From a virus (taxonomy: Duplodnaviria > Heunggongvirae > Uroviricota > Caudoviricetes): a stretch of 47,453 nt of DNA. Position numbers and translations under genes: made by a program. Below, piece after piece: positions 1 to 8,657 of the stretch. Below the pieces are notes generated by a model. The model saw only the letters and a program-made list of their open reading frames with translations, did no database searches and was not told the origin of the DNA. The DNA lies in IMG/VR virus record IMGVR_UViG_2778261248_000001, one strand, 5' to 3'. How positions within the stretch are numbered: position 1 is the first letter of the stretch; every line of letters starts with the position of its first letter.

Positions 1-90
1 TTGCCTCCCCCCCGTTGATGGGTAAAATAGCCGCAATTTTTCGTTTTCAACAAGCGCGGCGCGATGCCGCTTACTCAAGAAGAAAGAATT

Positions 91-165
91 ATGACGTTGT
101 CTCCTTATTTGCAAGAGGTGGCGAAGCGCCGCACTTTTGCCATTATTTCTCACCCCAATAATTAA
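91..165 (+). pseudogene. prfC: Truncated 5' fragment of peptide chain release factor 3 gene (host side of prophage junction)
   Basis: ATG at 91; translation [22 protein letters not shown] matches the RF3 N-terminus as I recall it, then diverges into NN-stop (163-165) before the GTP-binding P-loop; sequence to the right is phage-like. Confidence 0.6.
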
Positions 166-317
166 GCCCAAATTAAAGCTCTTTCACTCTTTCAAAATCC
201 TTTCAGTTAATTGAGGTCGAGCTATATAACTCATTTAAATACATTTTGTTATGTGACTTCTTTAATTGAAAATTCTTTCATGTAACTTTAAATCGATAAG
301 GTTGCTTTCATAAAAAA

Positions 318-378
318 TCTGTACATATGCTTGTACATAATGTACAAAGCAGCAGAGGTGTTTTGCGATTTGTACAAG
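318..378. promoter_or_regulatory. Operator-like TGTACA palindromes immediately upstream of int (putative regulated int promoter)
   Basis: ctGTACAt at 319-326, perfect 7-3-7 palindrome TTGTACATAATGTACAA at 331-347, self-complementary TTGTACAA at 369-376; same half-site family as palindromes at 7025-7039 and 7788-7806. Confidence 0.4.
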
Positions 379-385
379 GTGAGTA

Positions 386-1600
386 ATGGCGCTGTCTGAT
401 GCGTGGTTGCGTTCAGTCGTTGGAAAGGAACGTGATAAGGTTTTGGTTAAATCCGATCGCGATGGTCTGTCTGTCAGAGTATCACCGAAAGGTCGCGTAG
501 TGTTCCAATATCGTTATCAATGGGCAGGGAAAGGTGAGCGTCTTGATGTCGGAACTTACCCGGCAACTGGATTAAAAGAGGCCAGAGAAGAAGTTATCCG
601 TCTCCGTGGTGAACTCGAGTCAAACCGTAATCCACGATTGGTCAAGCAGGCTGAAAAACGAAAAGCTACTGAAGCCATGACGGTAGAGTCTGTGATCCGT
701 GCCTGGTATGAAGCATATTGTGTAAAAAATAAAAAAGGTTCTGAACAGATACTCCGCTCGTTTGAGCTGCACCTGTTCTCTAAAATCGGGAATATCCCTC
801 ACGATGCAGCTACATTGCATGATTGGTTAGAAATCCTGGAGCCTCTTAGCACTAAGACTCCAGCAATAGCAGACCGATTGCTAATTAACGCAAAGCAGGC
901 CCATGTCTGGGCGTATAAGAGAAAGCTCATTGAAACTCGCCCGCTGTCGGATATCACGGGTAAAGATCTGGATATCCGTAAAGGTCAGAAGAAACGGTTT
1001 CTGACACATGATGAAATTAAAATCCTTTATGCTGCGATCGATGGTTCTCGAATGGTTCCTAAATACCGGGCCTTCATTAAACTATTGCTACATTTTGGCT
1101 GCCGTAGTTCAGAGCTAATTACCGCTAGGGTGGACGATTTTGATTTCATTAATAAAGTATGGACTGTACCACCAGAACGACATAAGACTGGGGAGATAAC
1201 AGGCGAACCGCTAAAGCGGCCCATTATTGAACCGGTTGAAGAGCTTATAAAGTACGCTATTTCTATGAACAATGGTTCCGATATGCTTTTTACTAAGGAA
1301 GGAAGCAGGGAACCCGTTGGTCGGACATCATTGCAGTCGCTGCCTTACAATTTAATGCAGTATGCATGGCGGCGTTTGGGGTATCAATTCCCTCATTGGT
1401 CTCTTCATGATTTGAGGCGAACAGCACGAACAAACTTTTCTGATCTTACTGCGCCTCATATTGCAGAAATTATGCTAGGTCATAAACTGCCAGGGGTATG
1501 GCAAGTTTATGACAAGAGCGATTATCTAGAAGAACAGCGTAAAGCCTACCAAGCGTGGTGGGAGAGGGTTGAATCGATCGTTACTTGTACTGGTTCATAA
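386..1600 (+). CDS. int: Tyrosine integrase, P4/CP4-57-like family
   Basis: 404-aa ORF with SD-like aaggtgag upstream; N-terminal arm-binding-type region, C-terminal HDLRRTARTNF and VWQVYDKSDY recombinase-type motifs; sits next to host junction. Confidence 0.9.
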   Translation: MALSDAWLRSVVGKERDKVLVKSDRDGLSVRVSPKGRVVFQYRYQWAGKGERLDVGTYPATGLKEAREEVIRLRGELESNRNPRLVKQAEKRKATEAMTVESVIRAWYEAYCVKNKKGSEQILRSFELHLFSKIGNIPHDAATLHDWLEILEPLSTKTPAIADRLLINAKQAHVWAYKRKLIETRPLSDITGKDLDIRKGQKKRFLTHDEIKILYAAIDGSRMVPKYRAFIKLLLHFGCRSSELITARVDDFDFINKVWTVPPERHKTGEITGEPLKRPIIEPVEELIKYAISMNNGSDMLFTKEGSREPVGRTSLQSLPYNLMQYAWRRLGYQFPHWSLHDLRRTARTNFSDLTAPHIAEIMLGHKLPGVWQVYDKSDYLEEQRKAYQAWWERVESIVTCTGS

Positions 1601-1975
1601 TCGAAATGATATTTTGCATATCTAGTACGCAATAAAATATGACAGTCCGCTTTGAGCTGCGGACATTGCTAGCAGCATTTTCTGTGAAGTAACGGGAGGT
1701 TGTTCAATATTGCCTCTGAAAAGGATAACCATTCAATTCTTCATTGAAAAAACTCATCGAAGATTTTATGGAGGGATGCAATTTATTTTGAGCGAATTTA
1801 ATTCATCACTAATGATCCTACATAGTTATTGCCTTGCTCACTAAAAGGTGAGATTTCATTAGCTCACCAACAATAATTAAATAGGATCATTAGCACTTTA
1901 TATCAGGCTATAATTTTAATAAATTACGTTATTTAAAGCCATTTTCTCCATCAAGTAATATCTTCATGCTAATGT

Positions 1976-2992
1976 TCACTTTTGTTTTAGCTTTATAATT
2001 TCTGATATCATAGTTGTTAGCTTTGAATCGGAAAGATTCTGCAGTCTATCTTTCTCAATAGAAACTGTACTTTGTCCCTTTTCTAATATGAAATTTCTTT
2101 CTGTTTTCATTAAAAGCATTGCCAACTCTTTTATCATGTCTTCGTTCTTGAATTCTTGAGCATATTTTAGAGACATGACTTTCATCTCAATATTTGTGAT
2201 TTCATTCTGAAAATATTTGATTTCGTCAAACCCATTTTTATAGAGGCGTAGAAAAAAATAAGCAAACAATTCAACGACTATTACAAATGATAATTTAGGA
2301 AGGTGATGAATAAAAAATCCCACCCCATCCACAATGTCTGGCGCGCTGTAAAGAAAGTAAGCAAGAGATAATATCCCTGTCAACGCAATTATTGTTCCGA
2401 TTGCAAGGTTAAGCCCACCTCGTCGATTGAGTCTGTCTATTTCAGACTCTAATCTTAGAACCATATCAGTATGGAGTTTATGTAAGCTGTAGCTCTTCTT
2501 AAAATCAGATATATCGCTTTTTAGGCTGTTATCTGCCAGAAGTATTGTGTTTCCAATTATTCTCTTTTTTGCATCGGATATTAACTTCTCCCTTTCACTC
2601 TCTGTTATTTCAATGGAAACTCCGGAAGATGTTCTATTTTCAATTTCGCTCAATTTTTTATTTAGCTTAACTATTTCTTTGTGAAAAATATATCTCGTGT
2701 TTTCAATATCTCTACCACCAATTCCTTTGTTTAAATAAGAAGTCATTATTGCGACAAAAGAACCAACAAAAACTAGGGCAGTTGCTGTAAATAAAATAAA
2801 CTCTTTCTTCTCGTTTATTAAATTTACTATTGATGATGATTCCAGTTGAATGTCTGAAAGCGAAGTTTTAAGCACAAAATTCATCACAGGTGAAACCATG
2901 ATTATGGCAACAACTATAATAAATCCATATTTTTTTATAATGTAAATAAGAAGACCAAATAAATCTTTCATTTTATCTTTTACCTGAAACAA
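1976..2992 (-). CDS. Orphan membrane protein with coiled-coil segments (about four predicted TM helices), function unknown
   Basis: 338-aa ORF in a visibly AT-rich island between int and xis; hydrophobic stretches near residues 11-40, 65-87, 195-216, 235-252 separated by Lys/Glu-rich heptad-like regions; no recognisable catalytic motif. Confidence 0.6.
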   Translation of the reverse strand: MFQVKDKMKDLFGLLIYIIKKYGFIIVVAIIMVSPVMNFVLKTSLSDIQLESSSIVNLINEKKEFILFTATALVFVGSFVAIMTSYLNKGIGGRDIENTRYIFHKEIVKLNKKLSEIENRTSSGVSIEITESEREKLISDAKKRIIGNTILLADNSLKSDISDFKKSYSLHKLHTDMVLRLESEIDRLNRRGGLNLAIGTIIALTGILSLAYFLYSAPDIVDGVGFFIHHLPKLSFVIVVELFAYFFLRLYKNGFDEIKYFQNEITNIEMKVMSLKYAQEFKNEDMIKELAMLLMKTERNFILEKGQSTVSIEKDRLQNLSDSKLTTMISEIIKLKQK

Positions 2993-3344
2993 ATTTTTAT
3001 TAAAGTAACTTAAAAAATGATTGATTGCAAGATTTACTATTGCTGTTCATTTTAAATTACTATACCCCCCTATGCATACATATAATCCCATAGGGGAGAA
3101 GTTTATTAGTTAGTTAAGTTGAAGGCTATACCTACAATCTAATTTCCCTCCAACCTAACATGCACAAGCGTCAACCTATCGGTAGTGATAATTTTATGAG
3201 GATACGTATAAACAAGATTCTGAGTTGCTCCTATTCATTAAGACAATACATTTTGTAACTTCTGCTTTTGGCTCAGGGTGGGGTGTGAGATTAGGTTTGG
3301 CTCTGTGCCATAGATGTGTCAGTTCACATCTGAGCTAATACACA

Positions 3345-3539
3345 TTACTCAATCACTCCAGCAAACCTATATATCTTGTGTGACGCCCATTTATTTGGGC
3401 ATGATTTAATATCAGGATCTGGAAAATCAGGCCTGTATTTCTGGCCAGTTCTCCGGTTTACGCTGTTCCAGCGAAGAACTGTCGATACTGAAACGCCACA
3501 GAAGTCGGCGACTTGTTTAGTTGTCATTAAGTCGTTCAT
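3345..3539 (-). CDS. xis: Excisionase / AlpA-type small HTH DNA-binding protein
   Basis: 64 aa, MNDLMTTKQVADFCGVSVSTVLRW helix-turn-helix signature; AGGAGG 7 nt upstream; start overlaps stop of upstream gene (TAATG); position next to int. Confidence 0.6.
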   Translation of the reverse strand: MNDLMTTKQVADFCGVSVSTVLRWNSVNRRTGQKYRPDFPDPDIKSCPNKWASHKIYRFAGVIE

Positions 3540-4159
3540 TACTTCACCTCCTGCGGCGGTTCCGGTAGCGGCATCCAGTGGGTTACTTTCGATGCCGGTT
3601 CTTCCACATCGTCAGTAACTGCCCACCATTTGTTTTTCGACCAATCGTAATACCCTTCGAAGGTATCGCACTCAGTCCAGCCGTAAGACTTCCCCCAACA
3701 CCAAACATACTGTTTATCGTTCGGCATTCGCTCACTACAGCTTATCCAACCATCCGGAGTTACCGGAGAGTTGCCCGACAGCTCGTTCAACTTATAAGTC
3801 TGGCTTACAGGTTCGGCACCATTAAGCATGGAGGCGCGGCAGGCGTTCCAGCCTTCATCAAAGCCGACTATGCCATTATTTAAAGACGGACGAGCATCTG
3901 GCACCATCGGCACTGGCTTGGCTATATATAGCGGCTGAACATACCAGCCCTTTGATAACCAACTGTCAGCAATGTTTTTACTCCTCGTTATTGCCGGAAT
4001 ACCTAAGCCATTTTCTGAATGCAGCCATGCCACCGGCTCCTCTTCTAGCGATGCCAGAGCAATTTCATAAGCACGGCGCTCAATATCGTCTCGAACCTCT
4101 AGGCTGCTGATTCGTTCTTTGATTTCTTTAATCAGTTCTTTATTGGTAAATGTGGTCAT
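3539..4159 (-). CDS. Phage early protein, DUF551-type C-terminus
   Basis: 206 aa; C-terminal VTHWMPLPEPP motif typical of DUF551 phage proteins; translationally coupled in leftward operon. Confidence 0.65.
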   Translation of the reverse strand: MTTFTNKELIKEIKERISSLEVRDDIERRAYEIALASLEEEPVAWLHSENGLGIPAITRSKNIADSWLSKGWYVQPLYIAKPVPMVPDARPSLNNGIVGFDEGWNACRASMLNGAEPVSQTYKLNELSGNSPVTPDGWISCSERMPNDKQYVWCWGKSYGWTECDTFEGYYDWSKNKWWAVTDDVEEPASKVTHWMPLPEPPQEVK

Positions 4160-4521
4160 TATGCTCCAGCCTCCGGCGCTTTTGGCATTACTGCCCAGTG
4201 AGTGATATTGAAGTTTTCAAGGTCCCCGACCTGAAATGTCCACTGCCATTCTCCGGTTTCTTTTTGTCCCCAGGTGTACCAGAGAGAACGCCAGCCAATC
4301 AGCCAGCCTTCTCCGTTAGCATCAAATAACAGAACACTTTCATTTGCTGGTGGCAGTTCAGCTGACACTGGTATTATTTTGTTTTCCAGTGCCGCACATT
4401 TAGCTTCAAGCGCGTCGAATTTACGTACCAGGTACTCAGCATTTGTTTCGTTCACTTTCAGATCTCGCGGTACACATTTCCCGCGAAGAAACCCTTCCAT
4501 TTCGAAAACATTCATGCGCAT
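4159..4521 (-). CDS. Phage early protein (DUF551-like C-terminal motif)
   Basis: 120 aa; C-terminal ITHWAVMPKAPE resembles the DUF551 signature; overlapping start/stop with neighbours. Confidence 0.55.
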   Translation of the reverse strand: MRMNVFEMEGFLRGKCVPRDLKVNETNAEYLVRKFDALEAKCAALENKIIPVSAELPPANESVLLFDANGEGWLIGWRSLWYTWGQKETGEWQWTFQVGDLENFNITHWAVMPKAPEAGA

Positions 4522-5048
4522 TTGCGTAACTCCGATAACTCGTTAAAACGTTCCATAAACATCCCGTAGGCATGGCTAGGTGCCAGTGGAATCACGTTGA
4601 ACATCTCTGTTGCCGGGATGCCTTCCAGTACAGGCCAGAAAGAGCCATCATCAAGCCCGAGATCGCGGCGTTCGGTTGCCAGCATGATAAGATCGGCATA
4701 TTTCACGGGCGTACTCATAACTGGGGGTAACCCGTATTTCTCACGGATTACGGCGTCAATTTTTTCTTCCATCCGTTTATAGTCAGGAAGAAGGCGTTTC
4801 AGTGGAGCGGGAATATCCTGGCAATACGCTTCTGTTGCATCATGCATTAACGCTTCAAAAGCAAATTCCTGCGGCACCAGCTGGCTGCAAAGCACCGCAT
4901 GTTGGGCGACACTGTAGAAGTGAGAAAGATGACCGGCAAAGCGGCAGATATTTGAAAGGGAAACCGCGATATCGTTAATCACGATGTCGTCTTTATTTAT
5001 CTTGTCATAATAAAAATGCTTCCCGGAAAAAGTTTTAATAAATGACAT
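4512..5048 (-). CDS. yfdR: HD-domain phosphohydrolase (YfdR-like 5'-deoxynucleotidase family)
   Basis: ATG at 5048 with GGAG 8 nt upstream gives 178 aa (ORF track used an upstream GTG at 5075); His and HD...E residues (FAGHLSHF, LMHDATEAY) consistent with HD hydrolase; resembles the CPS-53 prophage YfdR as I recall it. Confidence 0.65.
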   Translation of the reverse strand: MSFIKTFSGKHFYYDKINKDDIVINDIAVSLSNICRFAGHLSHFYSVAQHAVLCSQLVPQEFAFEALMHDATEAYCQDIPAPLKRLLPDYKRMEEKIDAVIREKYGLPPVMSTPVKYADLIMLATERRDLGLDDGSFWPVLEGIPATEMFNVIPLAPSHAYGMFMERFNELSELRKCA

Positions 5049-5175
5049 TTTGTTCTCCACGTATATGCGCTGCACCGCGCTGAGTTTGGGTAAAAGGAAG
5101 CCCTCACCATCCGGTGATTATTGAGTTAATTACGTTTCCATAAATGCCCCCGCAGGGGCATTTGCAGTAATGAAA

Positions 5176-6000
5176 TCAGGCGGTGAAAGTACCAATAAAG
5201 GTTTCTACTTTGCTGTCTTTGAATTTCTCAACAAGCAGATCACGAAATTCGTTAGCCATATCTTCCTGCACCGCTTCCAGCTGAATAATGCGCAGAACCA
5301 GTACAGGACGATCGCCAGTGATAATGCTGAGGCGTAATTTAAACGGACGTTCTTTCAGACCTTCAAACGGAACGCATTTAAATTCAAATGCCACTGGCAT
5401 AATGTCTTTGGTCTTCGCTTCGACAGATTCCATCAGGGAGCGTTTGCCGCTGAAGTCATTATCTTCAAAATCAGCGGTCTGGTTTGCTTCAATCGTGATT
5501 TTACGGACTGCCGCAGCCGCTTTTGTTGCCTGAATAGCGTCACCATTAGCATCAAAGCCCACAAGGTAGTCGGCCCAGTCTTCAATCCATTCTGCCAGTG
5601 ACTTCTGGGAGTTACGCTCGCCGTTAACAGACAACAGGGCAGAGAACGGTGCTGTCTTTTTCAGTTTGAGAGTGGCGGTGTTATCTGCGTGACCTGGTTC
5701 ATCAATAGTACCCAGGTTAAGTACACTGACGGCACGCATATTATCAGCATCGATAAAGCAGCGGGTGCCTTCATCTGCAAGATCTTTAGAATAACGGGTA
5801 AAGTCATCGATGCTGGCAGTGGAAAGCGCACCACGGAAACGGAAGCGATTTAAATTAAATTTTTCCAGATCATGAATGCGGAAATTCTCAGGCAATGCCA
5901 CAGCATCGGCACCAATATTACTGATAATTTCATTAACACCCTGAGCAGAAATAAGGGCATGGATTTGATTAATTGTGGTTGCGTCTAAGTTCTGAGACAT
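5176..6000 (-). CDS. yfdQ: YfdQ-like phage protein (DUF2303 family)
   Basis: 274-aa ORF; length and sequence character match my recollection of CPS-53 YfdQ; gene order P-Q-R as in that prophage. Confidence 0.55.
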   Translation of the reverse strand: MSQNLDATTINQIHALISAQGVNEIISNIGADAVALPENFRIHDLEKFNLNRFRFRGALSTASIDDFTRYSKDLADEGTRCFIDADNMRAVSVLNLGTIDEPGHADNTATLKLKKTAPFSALLSVNGERNSQKSLAEWIEDWADYLVGFDANGDAIQATKAAAAVRKITIEANQTADFEDNDFSGKRSLMESVEAKTKDIMPVAFEFKCVPFEGLKERPFKLRLSIITGDRPVLVLRIIQLEAVQEDMANEFRDLLVEKFKDSKVETFIGTFTA

Positions 6001-6065
6001 AATAAGTCCTCACTATATAAAGATATTCAGTGATGAGATAAATAATCAGTTAATTAAGAACGATA

Positions 6066-6428
6066 TTAATGACCTGCTGCGCGTAGTTTTCCGTCAGGTT
6101 CACCGGCAAGAGTCAGTAATTGTCCCTGGTCTTCCTGCAGAATAGTCAGGCGACCACCGCGATTGACATACATCGGCGTTTCGGTGGTGTCTTCTTCGGA
6201 AATTTTCCCGCGGTTAGTCGGGCGAACATATGAGAGTTTGTGTTTGATTTTCACACGGTTCTCATCAAATGGTTCGATTTCCAGGTTGAGTGAGACCTTA
6301 CCTTTGGTTTTCGTGTTCATCACACCGGAAGCGACTTCACTGAGAACTGCGCCGATTTTGGTTTCAAATACGCCGCCGTCCAGCTCCCCGATAAATGCCT
6401 GCACATCAGTACTGCGTTCGCTAGCCAT
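6066..6428 (-). CDS. YfdP-like phage early protein
   Basis: ATG at 6428 (MASERSTDVQAF...) with GGAGCA SD; 120 aa; the 197-aa ORF-track extension upstream reads like out-of-frame GC-rich sequence. Confidence 0.5.
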   Translation of the reverse strand: MASERSTDVQAFIGELDGGVFETKIGAVLSEVASGVMNTKTKGKVSLNLEIEPFDENRVKIKHKLSYVRPTNRGKISEEDTTETPMYVNRGGRLTILQEDQGQLLTLAGEPDGKLRAAGH

Positions 6429-6476
6429 TTTGCTGCTCCTCATCATATCGACCCTGCAAGGTCGGTTGGTTTCTCC

Positions 6477-6610
6477 ACAAAACAGAGAAGAACACCTGCG
6501 GTGGCAGCCGCCCGGATGGATTGGGTTATGAGCCTGTCGTCCGGTGATGCTCTTCTCTGTTTTGTAAAAAGAGCGGTACCAGCCGGAAGCAAGTGTACAA
6601 ACTGGTACCG
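6477..6610. repeat. Dyad symmetries in the early-left leader: 15-bp perfect inverted repeat (6477-6491 / 6551-6565) and 9-bp inverted repeat CGGTACCAG / CTGGTACCG (6574-6610) flanking a TGTACAA motif
   Basis: ACAAAACAGAGAAGA and its exact reverse complement TCTTCTCTGTTTTGT 59 bp apart; second stem encloses TGTACAA at 6594-6600. Confidence 0.5.
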
Positions 6611-7024
6611 CCAAAGCAGTGGCTGTTGTGGTGGGGTTGTCACTCAGGCGTATGGTCAACCTGACAATCCGGTGTCCTCAACGGGGAAAGAGTAACCCCG
6701 CCATACTTACCGCCGCGCCATTTCGCGGATTACCACAACGCTGAGAGCACTTAGCCAGTTACGGCACCACACTTTGTCGCGGCTCCATAAATGCCCTCAT
6801 CGTTGCACCCTGGTCTCTTCCCAGGCGTCAAACCGGATCGCCACGCTGGTTAGGCGTCTTATCAGCATCATCATTGACTTGCACATTCCGGCTACCTGGT
6901 TTGTTTGCCCGAGCAAGAAGTGGATTGTCCCCTTTAACGTCCCCAGACCGCTAACGACGCATGTGCCATACGCCGTGTTACAACCAAATTTTGTTTGAAT
7001 CTTGCCTGCCTCATGTTTCTTTTG

Positions 7025-7039
7025 GATACATTATGTATC
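7025..7039. promoter_or_regulatory. Palindromic operator-like site GATACATTATGTATC on the PL side of the repressor gene
   Basis: Perfect 6-3-6 palindrome; same TACAT(T/A)ATGTA core as the int-upstream palindrome at 331-347; lies just beyond the cI terminator where a leftward early promoter is expected. Confidence 0.4.
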
Positions 7040-7057
7040 TTATGGGTACATTGTCAA

Positions 7058-7086
7058 GTATAAAAAAACCTGCCGAAGCAGGTTCA
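7058..7086 (-). terminator. Rho-independent terminator downstream of the repressor gene
   Basis: On minus strand: stem AACCTGC / GCAGGTT with loop TTCG followed by TTTTTTTA. Confidence 0.6.
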
Positions 7087-7096
7087 TAAATATTGA

Positions 7097-7771
7097 TTAG
7101 GCCTTTATTGTGTATCTTCTTGGTTTTCCCGAGAAAATCACTGTACCAATTATAGAGCAATTACCGTTAATCTTAATGTAAGGCTCAGGCCAGTTTGGGT
7201 TTAATGCTTTGAGATAACGCTGTGTTCCATCTTCTATCAATCGCTTGAAGGTGGTTTCGCCTGTATCGTGCATCAATGCAATAACGTCGTCACCGTGGCA
7301 GGCAGGGACTTCGGGATCAACAAAAATCATGTCTCCAGGGCGGTACTCATCAATCATTGAATCACCAATCACCCGCAAGATATAAGTCATTTCGCCACAG
7401 GGTACAGGGCAGGGATACGTTTCTGCTGTGCTCAAATCAACCTCAGAATAGCCAACTTCTTTCCATGCTCCGGCCTGTACCCATGATATGACAGGGACTA
7501 ACGTTATTTGTTTGTTAGTGATTGAAACATCAGGTTTTTTTGTGATGTTCGTTGTCTGGTGTTCTTGATCAAGCCATCCGACAGGCAGGTCGAAACATTT
7601 TTCGATGTGCCGTGCCATGCTGTCACCGATATTTTTAGTAGCGCCATCCCCCATAAACCTGCTGGTTTGGGTTGGCTCGCGATCAATCATGGTGGCAAAG
7701 GATGAATTTCCGCCAACACCATCTCTCAGTTTTCTGGCGTTAGACCGCCGGATGTCATGGATTGTTTTCAT
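7097..7771 (-). CDS. CI-like prophage repressor with C-terminal S24 (LexA-like) autopeptidase domain
   Basis: 224 aa; C-terminal GDSM...K (VIGDSMIDEY ... FKRL) Ser-Lys dyad signature; divergent from cro-like gene across an operator-containing intergenic region. Confidence 0.8.
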   Translation of the reverse strand: MKTIHDIRRSNARKLRDGVGGNSSFATMIDREPTQTSRFMGDGATKNIGDSMARHIEKCFDLPVGWLDQEHQTTNITKKPDVSITNKQITLVPVISWVQAGAWKEVGYSEVDLSTAETYPCPVPCGEMTYILRVIGDSMIDEYRPGDMIFVDPEVPACHGDDVIALMHDTGETTFKRLIEDGTQRYLKALNPNWPEPYIKINGNCSIIGTVIFSGKPRRYTIKA

Positions 7772-7787
7772 AACGAAATTAAAACCT

Positions 7788-7806
7788 TTGTACCGATAAG
7801 GTACAA
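7788..7806. promoter_or_regulatory. OR-type operator: 7-5-7 palindrome TTGTACC-GATAA-GGTACAA between repressor and cro-like genes
   Basis: Perfect inverted repeat in the 66-bp divergent intergenic region; weaker related half-sites at about 7848-7864. Confidence 0.5.
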
Positions 7807-7861
7807 GTATCTTGAAGGTTCATTTTAATCATGTAATATGTATACTGGAGGTACATATTGT

Positions 7862-8062
7862 ATGAAAGCGTATTGGGACTCTTTAACCAAAGAACAGCAG
7901 GGCGAGTTGGCCGGAAAAGTTGGCTCAACACCTGGCTACTTACGGCTGGTTTTCAATGGTTATAAAAAAGCCAGTTTTGTGCTGGCGAAAAAACTTGAGC
8001 AATGCACGTCAGGTGCAATTACGAAATCTGACTTAAGACCGGATATCTATCCGAAAGATTAA
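7862..8062 (+). CDS. Cro-like small DNA-binding protein (YdaS-type)
   Basis: 66 aa from ATG 7862 (GGAGG upstream); divergent from repressor; ends ...SDLRPDIYPKD as in YdaS-family proteins as I recall. Confidence 0.55.
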   Translation: MKAYWDSLTKEQQGELAGKVGSTPGYLRLVFNGYKKASFVLAKKLEQCTSGAITKSDLRPDIYPKD

Positions 8063-8093
8063 CAGAACACCTTCAATTTTTAACCACAGAACG

Positions 8094-8657
8094 ATGAGGC
8101 TAACCGTGGGTAAGTATCACTGGAAAGTAGAAAAACAGCCTGAGTGGTACGTGAAAGCTGTCAGAAAAACTATCGCAGCGTTGCCGGGTGGTTACGCTGA
8201 AGCAGCTGACTGGCTGGATGTAACAGAGAACGCATTATTTAACCGCCTTCGTGCCGATGGCGATCAGATTTTCCCGCTGGGATGGGCAATGGTTTTACAG
8301 CGCGCGGCTGGCACTCACTACATTGCGGATGCTGTCGCACAGTCTGCTGGTGGGGTGTTCGTATCGCTTCCTGAAATTGAGGAAGTAGAGAACGCCGATA
8401 TAAACCAGCGCCTGCTGGAAGTCATCGAACAGATCGGGAATTACTCAAAGCAGATTCGTTCGGCAATCGAAGATGGGGTCGTGGAGCCACACGAGCAGAC
8501 AGCAATTAATGATGAGTTGTATCTGTCAATTTCGAAGCTCCAAGAGCATGCAGCACTGGTCTACAAAATCTTTTGCGCTCCAGAAAAGAGTGACGCCCGC
8601 GAGTGTGCAGCTCCGGGCGTCGTGGCGTTTTGTGTCTGTGGAGAAACTAACGCATGA
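8094..8657 (+). CDS. Early regulatory protein (cII/YdaT-position), function uncertain
   Basis: 187-aa ORF, second gene of the rightward operon; start may be GTG 8106 (GAGG 8 nt upstream). Confidence 0.45.
   Translation: MRLTVGKYHWKVEKQPEWYVKAVRKTIAALPGGYAEAADWLDVTENALFNRLRADGDQIFPLGWAMVLQRAAGTHYIADAVAQSAGGVFVSLPEIEEVENADINQRLLEVIEQIGNYSKQIRSAIEDGVVEPHEQTAINDELYLSISKLQEHAALVYKIFCAPEKSDARECAAPGVVAFCVCGETNA

Noticed and set aside
318-347. LexA (SOS) box upstream of int
   Set aside because: CTGTACATATGCTTGTACAT does not fit CTGT-N8-ACAG; the motif matches the phage's own operator palindromes better.
6429-6659. Upstream extension of the YfdP-like ORF to 197 aa, and overlapping ORFs at 6443-6643, 6501-6695 and 6774-6998
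   Set aside because: Translations look like random GC-rich sequence; a good SD plus ATG at 6428 gives a sensible 120-aa protein; the region is treated as non-coding leader.
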